DNA of 64,000 nucleotides from Camelus dromedarius (lineage: Eukaryota), in contig NC_087447.1 of NCBI RefSeq assembly GCF_036321535.1, positions 35,466,001 to 35,530,000 of the forward strand, written 5' to 3'. Position numbers and translations under genes: made by a program. The notes beneath the pieces were generated by a model, which did not search any database, was not told the DNA's origin, and was given only the letters and a program-made list of their open reading frames with translations. This document shows positions 25,081 to 36,530 of the stretch, in pieces; position 1 is the first letter of the stretch; each line of letters starts with the position of its first letter.

Positions 25081-25938
25081 AATCACAATGAGATTTCACC
25101 TCACATCTGTTAGGGTGGTTTCTATCAATAAGGGAAGAGATAACAAGTGTCTACAAGGATGTGGAGAAAAGGGAGCCCTTGCATACACTGTTGGTGGAAA
25201 TGTAAATTGGTATGGACCTTATGGAAAACAGTATGGAATGTTCTCAAAAAATTAAAATTTAAAATATAACTGCCCTGTGATCTAGCAATCCTACTTCTGA
25301 GTATACATCCGAAAGAAATGAAACAGCATCTTAAAGAGATATCTGCACTTCCATGTTCATGGCAGGATTGTTCACAATGACTAAGATATGAAAACAAGCT
25401 AAATGTCTGTTGATGGATGACTGCATAAAACAAATATGGTACACATACACGCACACACACAGTGGAATGTTATGCATCCTTAAAAAAGAAGGAAATCCTA
25501 CCATTTGTGACAACATGGATGAACCTGGAGGACGTTATGCTAAGTGAAAAACAGCCAGACACAAAAAGACAAATACTGCATGATCTCACTTATATGTGGA
25601 ATCTAAAAAAGTTGAACTGATAAAAACAGAGAGTAGAATGGTGGTTGCCCGGTGGTAGAAATGAGGAGATGTTGGTCAAAGGGTTCAGTTATGTGGGATG
25701 AATAAGTTCTGGAGATTAATGTATAATATGGTAAATACAGTTAATAATACTGTATGCGTATACTTGTAGTTTGCTAAGAGAGTAGTAGATCTTAAGTGTT
25801 TTTAATACACACAGATAGTAACTGTGTGAAGTGATGAGTGTGCTGATTAGCTTTATTGTTAATCATTTTATAGTGTATACACATATTAAATCACATTGCA
25901 CATCTTAAATACATACAATTTGTATTTGTCAATTATAC
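25081..25938 (+). mobile_element. 5'-truncated L1 (L1MA-type 3' end) inserted into the older L1
   Basis: cacaatgagatttcacctcacatctgttagg...caacatggatgaacctggaggacgttatgctaagtgaaa...aattatacctcagtaaagttggaaaaaa. The older L1 resumes colinearly after it. Confidence 0.8.
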
Positions 25939-26760
25939 CTCAGTAAAGTTGGAAAAAAGTTTAACATCCATTTATGATAAAAACTCTAATTTTGGCAAAT
26001 TAGAAATGGAAGAGAACTTCTACAATCTAATAAAGGGCTTTTATAAAAAGCAAATATAATTAATGATGAAAAATTGAAAGTGTTCCTTCTAAGATCAGAA
26101 TAAGGCAAGTGTGTCCTCTCATCATTTTTATTCAACATTATACTGGAAGGAGGTTCTAGTGAGTTCCATAAAGTAAGAAAAAGCAGTAATTGGCTTAAAA
26201 ATGAGAAAGGGATAAGTAAACCTCTTTTTATTCACAGATGACATGATTGTTGACATAGAAAATCTTAAAGAATCTATAAAATAACTTTAGGTAGAACCAA
26301 GAAGTGAGTTTAACAGAGTACAGGGTAAACAGAAATCGATTATTCTTTTTATGTAGCAACAACAAAAATTAGAATATCTTAAAAATTTCTTTTATAGTTA
26401 CATTACAAAATGTAATAAAGTATTTCTGTATAAACTTAACAAAAAAAATCTGAAAGACTTGTACATAAGAACTATAAACCAGTGCTGTGAGAAGTTAAGG
26501 ACCTAAAATGGAAAGATAAATCACATTTATGTATTGGAAGACTCAATGTTGTCATATAGTTGTCAGAGTTGATTTATAGATTTAAAGTAATCCCAATTAA
26601 AATTCCAAGAGGCTTTGCTTGGGGTAGATATTGACAAGCTGATTCTAACATTTATATGGAAACATAAAGGACCTTTGCCCAAAGAAATCTTGAAAAAGAA
26701 GAATAAAGTTGGAGGATTCACATTACCTAACTTGAAAATTTGCTGTAAAACTATAGTATG
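25939..26760 (+). mobile_element. Continuation of the older L1 ORF2 (RT region)
   Basis: aacatccatttatgataaaaactct...ttattcacagatgacatgattgt corresponds to the degenerate F(A)DDM RT motif. Confidence 0.8.
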
Positions 26761-27640
26761 TCAACAAGAAAAATAAAAATAACTTGATTTAAAAATGAAC
26801 AAAAAGACTTGAGTAGACATTTCTTCAAAGATGATATACAAATGGCCAATAGAATACAAAAAGATGCTCAACATCACTAATCATCAGGGAAATGCAAATC
26901 AAAACCACAGTAAGAAACTCCATCTACCATTAGGACGGCTACTGTTAAAAAAAATGAAAAAGAAAAAGAAAATAAGTGTTGGCCAAGATGTGGAGAAATT
27001 GGAACCCTTATGCACTGTTGGTGGAAGTGTAAAATGGTGCAGTTTCTATGGAAAACATTATAGTGGTTCCTCAAAATATTAAACATAAAACTCCCCTATG
27101 ATCCAGCAGTTCTACTTCTGGGTATGTATTCAAAAGAACTGAAAGTTGGATCTTGAAGAGTATTCATAATGGCATTATTTACAATGGCCAAAAGGTGGAA
27201 GCAACTCAAGTTTCCATCACCAGATGAGTAGATGAACAAAACGTGGTATATGCATACAGTGGAACTATTCTGAGCCTGAGGAAGGAAATTCTGACACGTG
27301 TTATAAAAAGGATGAATGTTGAGGACATAATGCTAAGTGAAGTAAGCTAATCAAAAAAGGCAAGTAGTGTATAATTCTACTTATACGAGGTATCTAGAGT
27401 AGTTAGAATCACAGACATAAAGTAGAATCTTCATAGTGGCCCCAAACTGGGACCAGTCCAAGTACCCATCAGTAGGGGAAGGGATAAAGAAGTGCAGATC
27501 ATACAATTCAAAAGGAGTGAAGTGATACTTCTAACAACATGGGTAAAATCTCAAAAACATTCTGTGTGAAAGAAGCCTTATGCAAAGGACTATATCCTGT
27601 GTGATTCTATACATAGGAACTTCTAAGAGACAAAACTAAA
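26761..27640 (+). mobile_element. L1 3' end fragments (L1MB/L1ME-type)
   Basis: agacatttcttcaaagatgatatacaaatggcc...catcagggaaatgcaaatcaaaaccaca...gaggacataatgctaagtgaa. The ORF at 26831-27082 is the typical L1 C-terminal shadow. Confidence 0.8.
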
Positions 27641-29304
27641 ATCAATATTACTAAATTAGATACGTATTAGCATCTCTGTGTTACAGATGGGGAGACTAAA
27701 ACTCAGAGAAGCTGAGCAACTGGCCCAAGGCTGCACAGCAGGTCAGTGGCAGAGCTGGGCCTGCCACCCAGACTCCTAGTGCACTATCTTTTCCACTATT
27801 CCAGGAGGCCTTGTCAGCATTCTGGGATATTAGTACACCGAGAGGAGTGCTGAGGGTAGAAGGTGGCTTGGGGTTCCTCTGATTCCTCTTTTTGGTCTGA
27901 AAAGTGGTCTTCCGAATTCACTGTGGAGCCTACTAGAATGGACTCGATTGAATTTCTAGACCCTGTTCAGCTTTCCTCTTCTTTGCTGTAGACTGGAAGA
28001 GGGAAAGAGCAGCTGGCTGGAGAGCGTACTGTGTTATTAGGAAGGTTTTTCTGAGGCTTTCCTCTGTAGTTAACACCTTTAATTAAGAATAAAATAAACA
28101 AACAAACTGTATTCTTTCTCCTTTCCAAATGTTGCTGAGAATCTTTGTGATGTTGTTCTCAGTTGTGTGCCCTGATGATGTCTGAACATGAAGGGCACAT
28201 TGAGAAAGGGGCTGAGAACACCATTACCAAGAGGTTTCCTCCAGGGGCATGATCAAGTCTAGAATAGAACAGCCATCTGCTGCCAGATGGACAGGGTTCC
28301 ACTGAGCTAGGAATGGGACCCAGAGGCTGGTCTTTTCTGTGTGTTTGCACTTTTGGAATACCCCTGTGTCTTTGCTCCCTGCTGGCTCATTGACTCCCCC
28401 TCCCCCGCCCCCGGCTGCCTCAGCCCTCAGGAGTCCTGCTGCCTGTGATGCTGGGCTCACTCGGTTGATCTAGAGGAAGCCAGCAGCACACTGTATTCAT
28501 GCAGTGAGGTGGCACCTCTGCTCCTCTGCTCCTCTGAAATGGCCAAATTAATTCACCGTTGTTAGCAGCCCTCCCTGCTGAGAAGACTCTTGGAGTTCAG
28601 AGTGTCCAGTGCAAGAGGTGGGGCCAAGGTGGATTCTTCTGGCCCTACTCAAATGCTCTTGCCTGATACTTCATTGATACTTCATTACCTTGGAAGCCGA
28701 CAGGCGAGGGAGGGAGGGAGGTGGAGACAGGTCAGTGGGTGGATAAAAATCAGAGTACTGAAGTCCACCGTCCTTTTTAAGTTAGAAAGAAAAAACTCGT
28801 GTTTCCTGCCTTGTCATCTGACATGTTTACTATGAAAATATGCTTTTCCACTCTTCTTTCCTCTTCCTTAATCTTCCTTTTTTCTTTCTTTGTGTCCTGC
28901 CACTCTCTCTTCCTCCCAGCCCTCCCCCACCGCCTTCTACTCTTATATCAGTTGTTTTCTGAGAATATGAAAATATGGAATGGAGGGGCAACACAGCACA
29001 CCACCAAACTCCTGCCCCTTCCCCAGGTAGTACAGTCACCATCTTAAAGAGGGTGTGACCTTCCATTATTCAGAGTTTATCACATGTGTTATAGTCCCAC
29101 ATAGTTCACTGACAGGATCAAGGCTACAGCCAAACTAAGGAGGACCAAGAAACCAAGGCAGAAATGGATTATCTTCCCCTAACACTCATTCCATCAATTC
29201 CGTCTCCTCTGACAGCCACAAGTATCCCTGCTCTTTCTGGGGAGCTGTATGGATGGTTGTAGCTTTGTTTATGCATCTCCTTAGCATTAAGATGCTATTT
29301 CTTT

Positions 29305-29827
29305 CTCTTTTTTTTTTAATTGAAGTATAGTCAGTTATAATGTGTCAATTTCTGGTGTACAGCATAATGCCCCAGTCATATGTATATAAAATATATTCAT
29401 TTTCATATTCTTTTTATTAAAGGTTATTTCAAGATATTGAATAGAGTTCCCTGTGCTATACAGAAGAAATCTGGTTTTTGTGTGTTTTTATATATAGTAG
29501 TTAATATTTGCAAATTTGGAACTCCCAAATTTATCCCTTCTCACCCTCTTTTCCCTGGTAACCATAAGATTGTTTCCTATGTCTATGAGTCTGTTTCTGT
29601 TTTGTAGATGAGTTCATTAGTGTCTTTTTTCTTTTTTTAGATTCCACATATGAGTGATATCCTGTGGTGTTTTTCTTTCTCTTTCTGGCTTACTTCGCTT
29701 AGAATGACAATCTCCAGGTCCATCCATGTTGCTGCAAATGGCATTATTTTATTCTTGTTTATGGCTGAGTAGTATTCCCTTCTATAAATATACCACAACT
29801 TCTTTATCCAGTCGTCTCTCATTGATC
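29305..29827 (-). mobile_element. Lineage-specific 5'-truncated L1 3' end with TSD
   Basis: Poly-T then aattgaagtatagtcag...tagattccacatatgagtgata...ccatgttgctgcaaatggc. ORF 29637-29822 (WIKKLWYIY..EYYSAI..NKIMPFAATWMDLE) is the L1 ORF2 C-terminus. TSD aagatgctatttcttt (29289-29304) / aagatgcagtttcttt (29828-29843). Confidence 0.9.
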
Positions 29828-30510
29828 AAGATGCAGTTTCTTTAACCTGGTTCTCTATCAACCATCCTGCAGAAGCAGGGCCTCGTCTTTCTCTCATGCC
29901 CCTTCCTAGCATGTCCTGTCATTTCCTGTTGCACTGTCATCACTTCTTGAGTCCCAAGTATGAACTTGTTATTTCGCCATGTTTTAGTGACTGGCAACTT
30001 AAAATAATAACTAAAGTCTCTTGCGATCCTGAGCAAAGAAACCCACAGAAGATGAGAGAGTCTGGAGCACCTCCTGATATCAAAGGATCTAGAGTCCCTG
30101 CAGAGTCAGGGATTCTGTGATGTTACACACTGAACTGGAAATCATGATGCCCTAACTTACCCCTCTGTAACCTGGTATTCTAGACAGTGCTTGCTGTGTG
30201 GACTTCAACAAATCACCATCCTTCTTTGAGTCTTAGTTTTCTCATCTATCACAAGCTTTGGTGACTGCAGGGGCATCAGTGAAAGTGAAGCTGCTTATTC
30301 TGTATTGTGACCAAGCCATGCAACCACTCAAGTATATTGTTTTTAAAAACTCCTGGTGGACCAAACAAATGGTGGGACAAATGAAAAATGTCTGAGGGTT
30401 GTATTTCACACTCTCACTTGTCCTTTCCTCCATGGCATGCCTGGGACCACAGCTGCAGAGCAAAGCCCTAGGACCAGTTTAGGTCCTCAGGGAAGTTACC
30501 AAGGGTTTTC

Positions 30511-30597
30511 TTCAGAGGAAAATGTCCATATATAGCTGTGGATTTGGTGTGTCAATGGGAGGAGGCAAGTTCAGGATCTTCTTACATCGCCATCTTC
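30511..30597 (-). mobile_element. Isolated L1 5'-terminal fragment
   Basis: Reverse strand GAAGATGGCGATGTAAGAAGATCCTGAACTTGCCTCCTCCCATTGACACACCAAATCCACAGCTATATATGGAC resembles a laurasiatherian L1 5' UTR start, including the AAGATGGCG YY1 motif. Confidence 0.6.
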
Positions 30598-31242
30598 CTG
30601 TTTAACTCTTTTACAGCAACCAGTTTTAACACTCTGCTTGCTATACTGATTTTCTTTGTATGCTACTAAAAAAGTAGAATCCTACTACTACTAGGAGGGA
30701 AATTTCAGATAGACTTACCATTAGATTATTTCTTCGTCTGAGTAGTGAACCTGAATCAGTGAGGATTAGCACATACACACACATTCTTATCAGGTACAAG
30801 AAGACCTAATGACAACAGTCTTTGAGGAAATTCACCAGTTGCAACTTCTGACCTCCCACCCTGGTGCCTCCATCCCCCTTCTTCACTTTATTGTTTTCTA
30901 ATATACCATATAATGTACTCATTTGATGTGTTTATCATCCGTGTTCCTCTACTAAATTCAAAGTGCCGTGAGGGCAGGATTTTTTTTGGGGGGGGGTCCC
31001 TTTTAACTGTTCAATGCTTAACTCAGTGCCTGACATGTAGTAGCATTTGTAAATGTTTATTGTAGGAATAAATGAATAGTCCTGAATTAGAAATAGGATC
31101 TTTGAGTTGGGGATGGAGACCTGGAATCTAATTCTAGTTCTCGGTTGCCCGTATGAGCTTGGGCAAGTCTTTCTTCTTTTTGGGTGTCCTTTTAGCATCT
31201 GTGAAATAAAAGCACAGCTCTAAAATTTCATAATTCTATGCA

Positions 31243-31500
31243 TTGTTAATTTTCAAATGCTTAGTAGCATTAGAACAATTTTTTGTTATATTTTCAAGTA
31301 AAATTTTATACAGAATCTCAGTATCTAAAACAGTTAAAAATGGAACTATTCTGAATGAATTAGGCATAGATGTAGAAATGTGGGAAGAATGAAGCCTTAC
31401 AACTTGGCTACCTGATGGCAGGCCTGCTCTTTATAGGAAGCTCCTGAGATATGTCTTAAGAAACACAAGGTCTCTCTAGAACATAGTTTGAAAACCCTTC
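31243..31500. mobile_element. hAT-Charlie DNA transposon (MER103C-like)
   Basis: ttcaagtaaaattttatacagaatctcagtatctaaaacagttaaaaatggaact...gaacatagtttgaaaacc. Confidence 0.55.
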
Positions 31501-34445
31501 TCTAGATTAAATGAGAAATGGAAGTAGTCATATCTCTGAGTAAAATTCTGTTTGTCCTCAGATACAGATTTGAAAGAAATGTTGAATAATGAAGAAAAGA
31601 TGTGGCGTTAAGTGGTGGAATTATAGATGGAGCTTTCTTTCTACAGATAATTTTATTTATTGCTATAGAAAAATAAAATTGGGATAAAATTTTTTGGTTA
31701 TGTGATTATATTAGAAACTCATTTGGTTGAGATTACTTAATACATCTTGATCTCTAGTTTCTTTTTCTTCCAGGGCTATAAATTTTATGTAGCCTCAGGC
31801 CTAGAGATCTGTTTGTTTTGTAATTGCCAGAGGATTAAAGGTCTTTGTGAAGTTTTTATATTAGGATTCCCCCTGGCTCATGGCCCCACCACTAGTCCCA
31901 TCACATTGAAGTGGACCATTGTTGTAGTTAATAGTAGAGCTAATGTCTAAGCCGTGGGTTTTACCTGAAGGAGAGCTATCAGATATATGGGTTCAACAGT
32001 ACAGTGAATTAAAGATAAATGACACAGGGAAACTCTTTTCTCCTGTAACTGGATTGAACTCTGTCTGGGCACCAGCTGGAAAGCAAGCTAAGCTAATATT
32101 TGTCTAGCTCTGTGATCTGAATTGTTTGAAGGATGGTTTGGCTTGTTTGAATTTGAGTATCCACTAATCATCAAGAGAGGCTGAAAGCTCTTGTTTTGTT
32201 GAGTACATATTTACCATGTATTATATTACCTTTTATTAATATGGCAGCTCAAGAAACATTCAGAGTAAATTGTCTATAGACTCATTTAGTTGGTATTCCT
32301 TCCTGGATAATAGCAGTGATGTGTATACCCAGTTGATACCTTTCATTTTAGGATCTCAACACTTAAAAAAAAATCCTAGTGTTTTTTATTATTCAGTTTA
32401 TTCTAAAAAAAATCTTTTGAATCTTGTTAATTCTATGAGCATTTTGAAACTGTATGTCTCAGAGAAGTATAAGCATAGAGGTACCACCTTAGTAGAAACT
32501 TTCTTGTGGCTGTCATCATAGGAAAAGCAGAGCTTCTAATTGATTGCCCCAACTGAATGGTCCCATCTGTTGCTGTGGTAACTCTAACATCATATTTGAG
32601 ATTATTCAAACTCAATTTTTCCAAAGACACTTATTTTGATGATCCAAAATCTGAGTATCTAACAACACTGAGAACTGTTTTCCAGTTTTCCTACCTGCCT
32701 ACCTTGGTATTTGTGATCCTTAAAGCAGCATATTTTTCTTTACCTAATTTAAAAATCTTTTTAAAAGTAGCTTGTTCTTCAGTGAGGATTTGTTTGCTTG
32801 TTCGGTTTGAATTTAGGGAAATCTCAGTACTATCTCATAGTAAACAACTCCATGTTTTCTCATCTGCTCATCACAACAATTTGGTGAATTATGGCAAGGA
32901 TTATTGTTTCATTTAATATACGAGGAACTTGAAGCCCAGAGAGATGAAGTGACTTTCCCCAAGGTGACAGCTAGCAGAAGCTGAGCAAATGCTAGATCCC
33001 AGGTCCCTTGACTCCCAGTTTAGCGCTCTTTTTAATACAGGTCCAACTCAATGCATATCATTTTTCTTCTTCAGTCTGCCATTTGGATATCACAAAGTGA
33101 CATTAATCTATCAATAGAGATTAAAATGAGAGAAAATCAATGGGAACCAGTAGTGAATTGGAAAACGTTATTAAATTTACAACCCCTCCAAGCCCAGAGA
33201 GTTGTTTAAGCTTCCATTTAAAATGAAAGATGTTAGAAATAAACTATCTTTAGATGGATTTATGATGAACCATGTTATGTCTTTTCCTTTGTGACCTGTA
33301 GGACCTCAGAGCATTTCTACAGGAAATTTGCAGTTACAGTACAGCTGACTTTTCATTATTATTGTCTTCCTTAGTATTTAACATTTTGTGATGTGCTGGA
33401 AGAAAATTGCATTTGGATCATAAAATTAGACCTAACTTGACATTGAGTTTTATTCCAGGAAAATAGATATTTTAAAATCAAATGTACTATCTTAGAATTT
33501 AGTTACAGTAAAATATTAATGTATATCAGTATAGCCTTTATCATCTCGGGTGCTGTTTATTACATGGCTGCTCCCACATTTAAAAATATTATGATACTCC
33601 TTAATTAAGGTCACCAACTGAATTAACATGCATAAAAGCAATCCATTGCTCATTATGCCTTCCTTGCCCCCAGCCACCCAACTTGAAGTTGCTCTGCATC
33701 ACCATTCCCACCGCAAAGCAATAAAAACAAGAAAAGACAAATCAAAATGAAAGCTTTTGGACCACAACTAAGCTGTGCTGGGTTTATTTCACCACCTGGT
33801 GGCAGAGGCCAAGGAATCTCTCAGCATTCTTTCATTACCTCTTTTCTCCTTCTGGGGCTGATCCTAACTTTCTCTTGTTACTCAGAGCTCAGCAAATCCT
33901 ACTTTAAACAATCACTTTCTCATGTGTAGTCATGCATTCCTTTCTCCCTCTTACTTTTAATACTCCTTTCATTTTTTTAATTTAGTGACTTAATAGCATT
34001 CATTGCTCTTTCCTTTTTCACTTTTCATCCACCTATTTATGAGCTCAAATTTAAAAAATGACCTTATTTGTGGTTGCTAAGTCTGAGAGTCCTGCTAGTG
34101 AATATGTGGGAACACCCTCTGAAGTGATGAGTTCTCAGCTGAAGGGAAAGAAAAGGCCTATATTTGGAAATGAAGTACCACACAGGAAAAGGCCTGGGAC
34201 CTTATACCTCAGAGGCTCCTGAACATGCAAAGACATTCCCTTCTGCATCAGAACCAGCATTTCTGTCTCTTCCTTCCTCTTCTAATAAATCTGCTTTTTC
34301 CCCCAAAATAACAACCTTTAAGATAATTTTAAAAAATCTATTTCTTACACAATTTCCTTGTTTTTCCTTTGAATTTAATGGAAAACTTAGTTTTATACTT
34401 TTTTTTTTTTTACTGCAAATATTCAGCTTTTGGGATGCCCTAAGA

Positions 34446-34612
34446 CAGTAATTCTCAAACTTAAGCATGTGTTGGAATCACTTGGAGGATGTGTTAAAAC
34501 CCAGGAGTTTCTGATTAAATGTGTCTGAGGTGGAGCCTAAGACTTTGACTTCTAACTAGTCCCCAGGTGTTATTGATGCTGATGGCCTGGGACCGCACTT
34601 TGAAAACCGACT
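34446..34612 (-). mobile_element. MER5A DNA transposon
   Basis: cagtaattctcaaactt...gaatcacttggagg...ccccaggtgttattgatgctgatggcctgggaccgcactttgaaaacc. Confidence 0.8.
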
Positions 34613-36279
34613 TCCCTGGCATTATGTGGATTTTGGTGCAGTGTTTTACAGTCCTTTCTTTGATCTGAGTGTCTGCAAATCCATTTTTCTGGCATATGAA
34701 CTGGGTTCCTGTCTGCCACTGTTTCTTCCCCAGCTGGGATCACTTAATCTGTAGCCTCAGACTTTGTTTAAGGATAGAAATTGTGTTTTACCACTGTTCT
34801 CTCCAGCCCTAAGAAGAATGGGCTCAAAAGTACTGGGTTGGGTGTATGTTTGGGGGTGAGGGTAGATACTGTTGCAAGGCAGCAGGCCGGCGATATTGAG
34901 TATCAATTATAGGAATGGGTTACATTACTCTGTGTGGCATTGCTTGATTTGAAGTAGGCTTTAAATATCTGCCCCTATGTCCCTTCTGATAGTCGTCTGA
35001 TTTTCAGTGCAGATCGGCAATTCATTAAAGGTATTGCTATTGTAATGGAAACAAAATAAGGAGAAAATTGTTTCCTGGGTCAATTTTACTTAGCAATTTT
35101 ATTGATTAGTCTTTATAATACTCTAGTTAGTCTAAAAAAAAAAAAAAAGACCTGAAGTACCCAAGCAAGTGACAAATGGTAACTGTTTCAGGGAGTGCCT
35201 GGATGATATTATCTAGCAGACTGCAAACGCAGAAGGAGCAGGTGCAGTGCTGAATCAGGAGACTCAATAGGCTCAGGGAGTACCACATTTGCTTTTCCTT
35301 CTGACCATTTACCTGCTGTGTAACTGAGAGTGCAGCAGAACGTCAGGTCAGTGACGACTGAAGAGCCCCCCTCTGCCCGGTAATCGCAGCTGGTTGACAT
35401 GCACCTGGGCTCTCAGCTCTTTAGTGCTGGAAGAGCCCTTGGACATCCTCCAGGTCCAGTTCTTCCCATTTACAGATGGTGAAATGAGTTCTAGAGAAAG
35501 ACTTGCCCCAAAGCACACACCTAACAGGTGGCAGGGTCTGGACTTGAGTCCTGCCCCCAGTCTAGGCCTAGCACTCCTCCTCTTGTATTGCCCTGCTTTC
35601 CCCCCTCACTGGTCTAACGAAGTGACTGTAGTCCATCGTAGACCTTTGGGTTCCCTTCAGTTACCTACAGACAGCATCTTTGGGGAAGAGAATTACGTGT
35701 GCTTTTTTTCTGAATGTTGCAACTCTGCCACCTTCTCCCAAAGCCACAGCCATTTGATTTATCCTTCCTCTTTCGGTCCTGGGCCCAGTGTTGCACCTTG
35801 ATCAGGTAGAAGCTCAAGTTCACAGCCGTGGAGTCAGTAAGGTGTCATCCTGGCTGCTGCTACCTCTTCCTGACCTGCCCAGTTCCAGTCTTGTTAACCT
35901 GTGCCTGATTACTGTCTTGATAAGTCGGTGAGTTCCTACAGGGTTGGGGCCCTGCCTTACTGTTATCAATTCTCTTTTCACTATGGAAGAGTTGGGGTAG
36001 GGGTGGGTAAGGAAGTGTTATTTATTGAGTGCCTATTTTGTGCCACTTTACTCACATCACGTTGTTTAATCTTTACCACATCTTCATGAAATATTATTTC
36101 ATTTTACAGAGGAGGAAACTAAGGTGCAGAGAGATCATGGGACTTGCTTAGGGTGACACAGCTAATGAGTGAACCCCAGATGCACCCTGGGGTTCAAGTG
36201 TGCATCTGTTGACCTCCAAATCCCATACTTTTCCCCATATACCTCTCAGGGTCTATAGTTCACCCACAAACCCCAGTTC

Positions 36280-36530
36280 ACTTATTTATTCAGTGAATGT
36301 TTATTGAGTTCTGCTGTATTTCAGCCATGACACTAGTCACTGGAGAGGCAGTCCCTGCCCACATGGAGCTTACCATCTAGTGGGGAAGACAAAGTAGTGA
36401 TGAGTAGATAGAGTGTTAGAAAGGAAGTGCTATGGGAGTATGTAACAGGCAAGCATCATCTGGTCCTGGGTTGGGTAGGGGTACAAATCAGGCAAGACCT
36501 CCTGGAGGAGAAATATTTAAGCTGAGACCT
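36280..36530 (-). mobile_element. L2 3' fragment
   Basis: ttatttattcagtgaatgtttattgag...agtccctgcccacatggagcttaccatctagtgggg. Confidence 0.7.

Noticed and set aside
25125..29822. ORFs at 25125-25460, 25331-25516, 26831-27082, 26877-27086 and 29637-29822 as genes
   Set aside because: They are sense or antisense translations of degenerate L1 ORF2 and 3' ends, with no intact ORF2.
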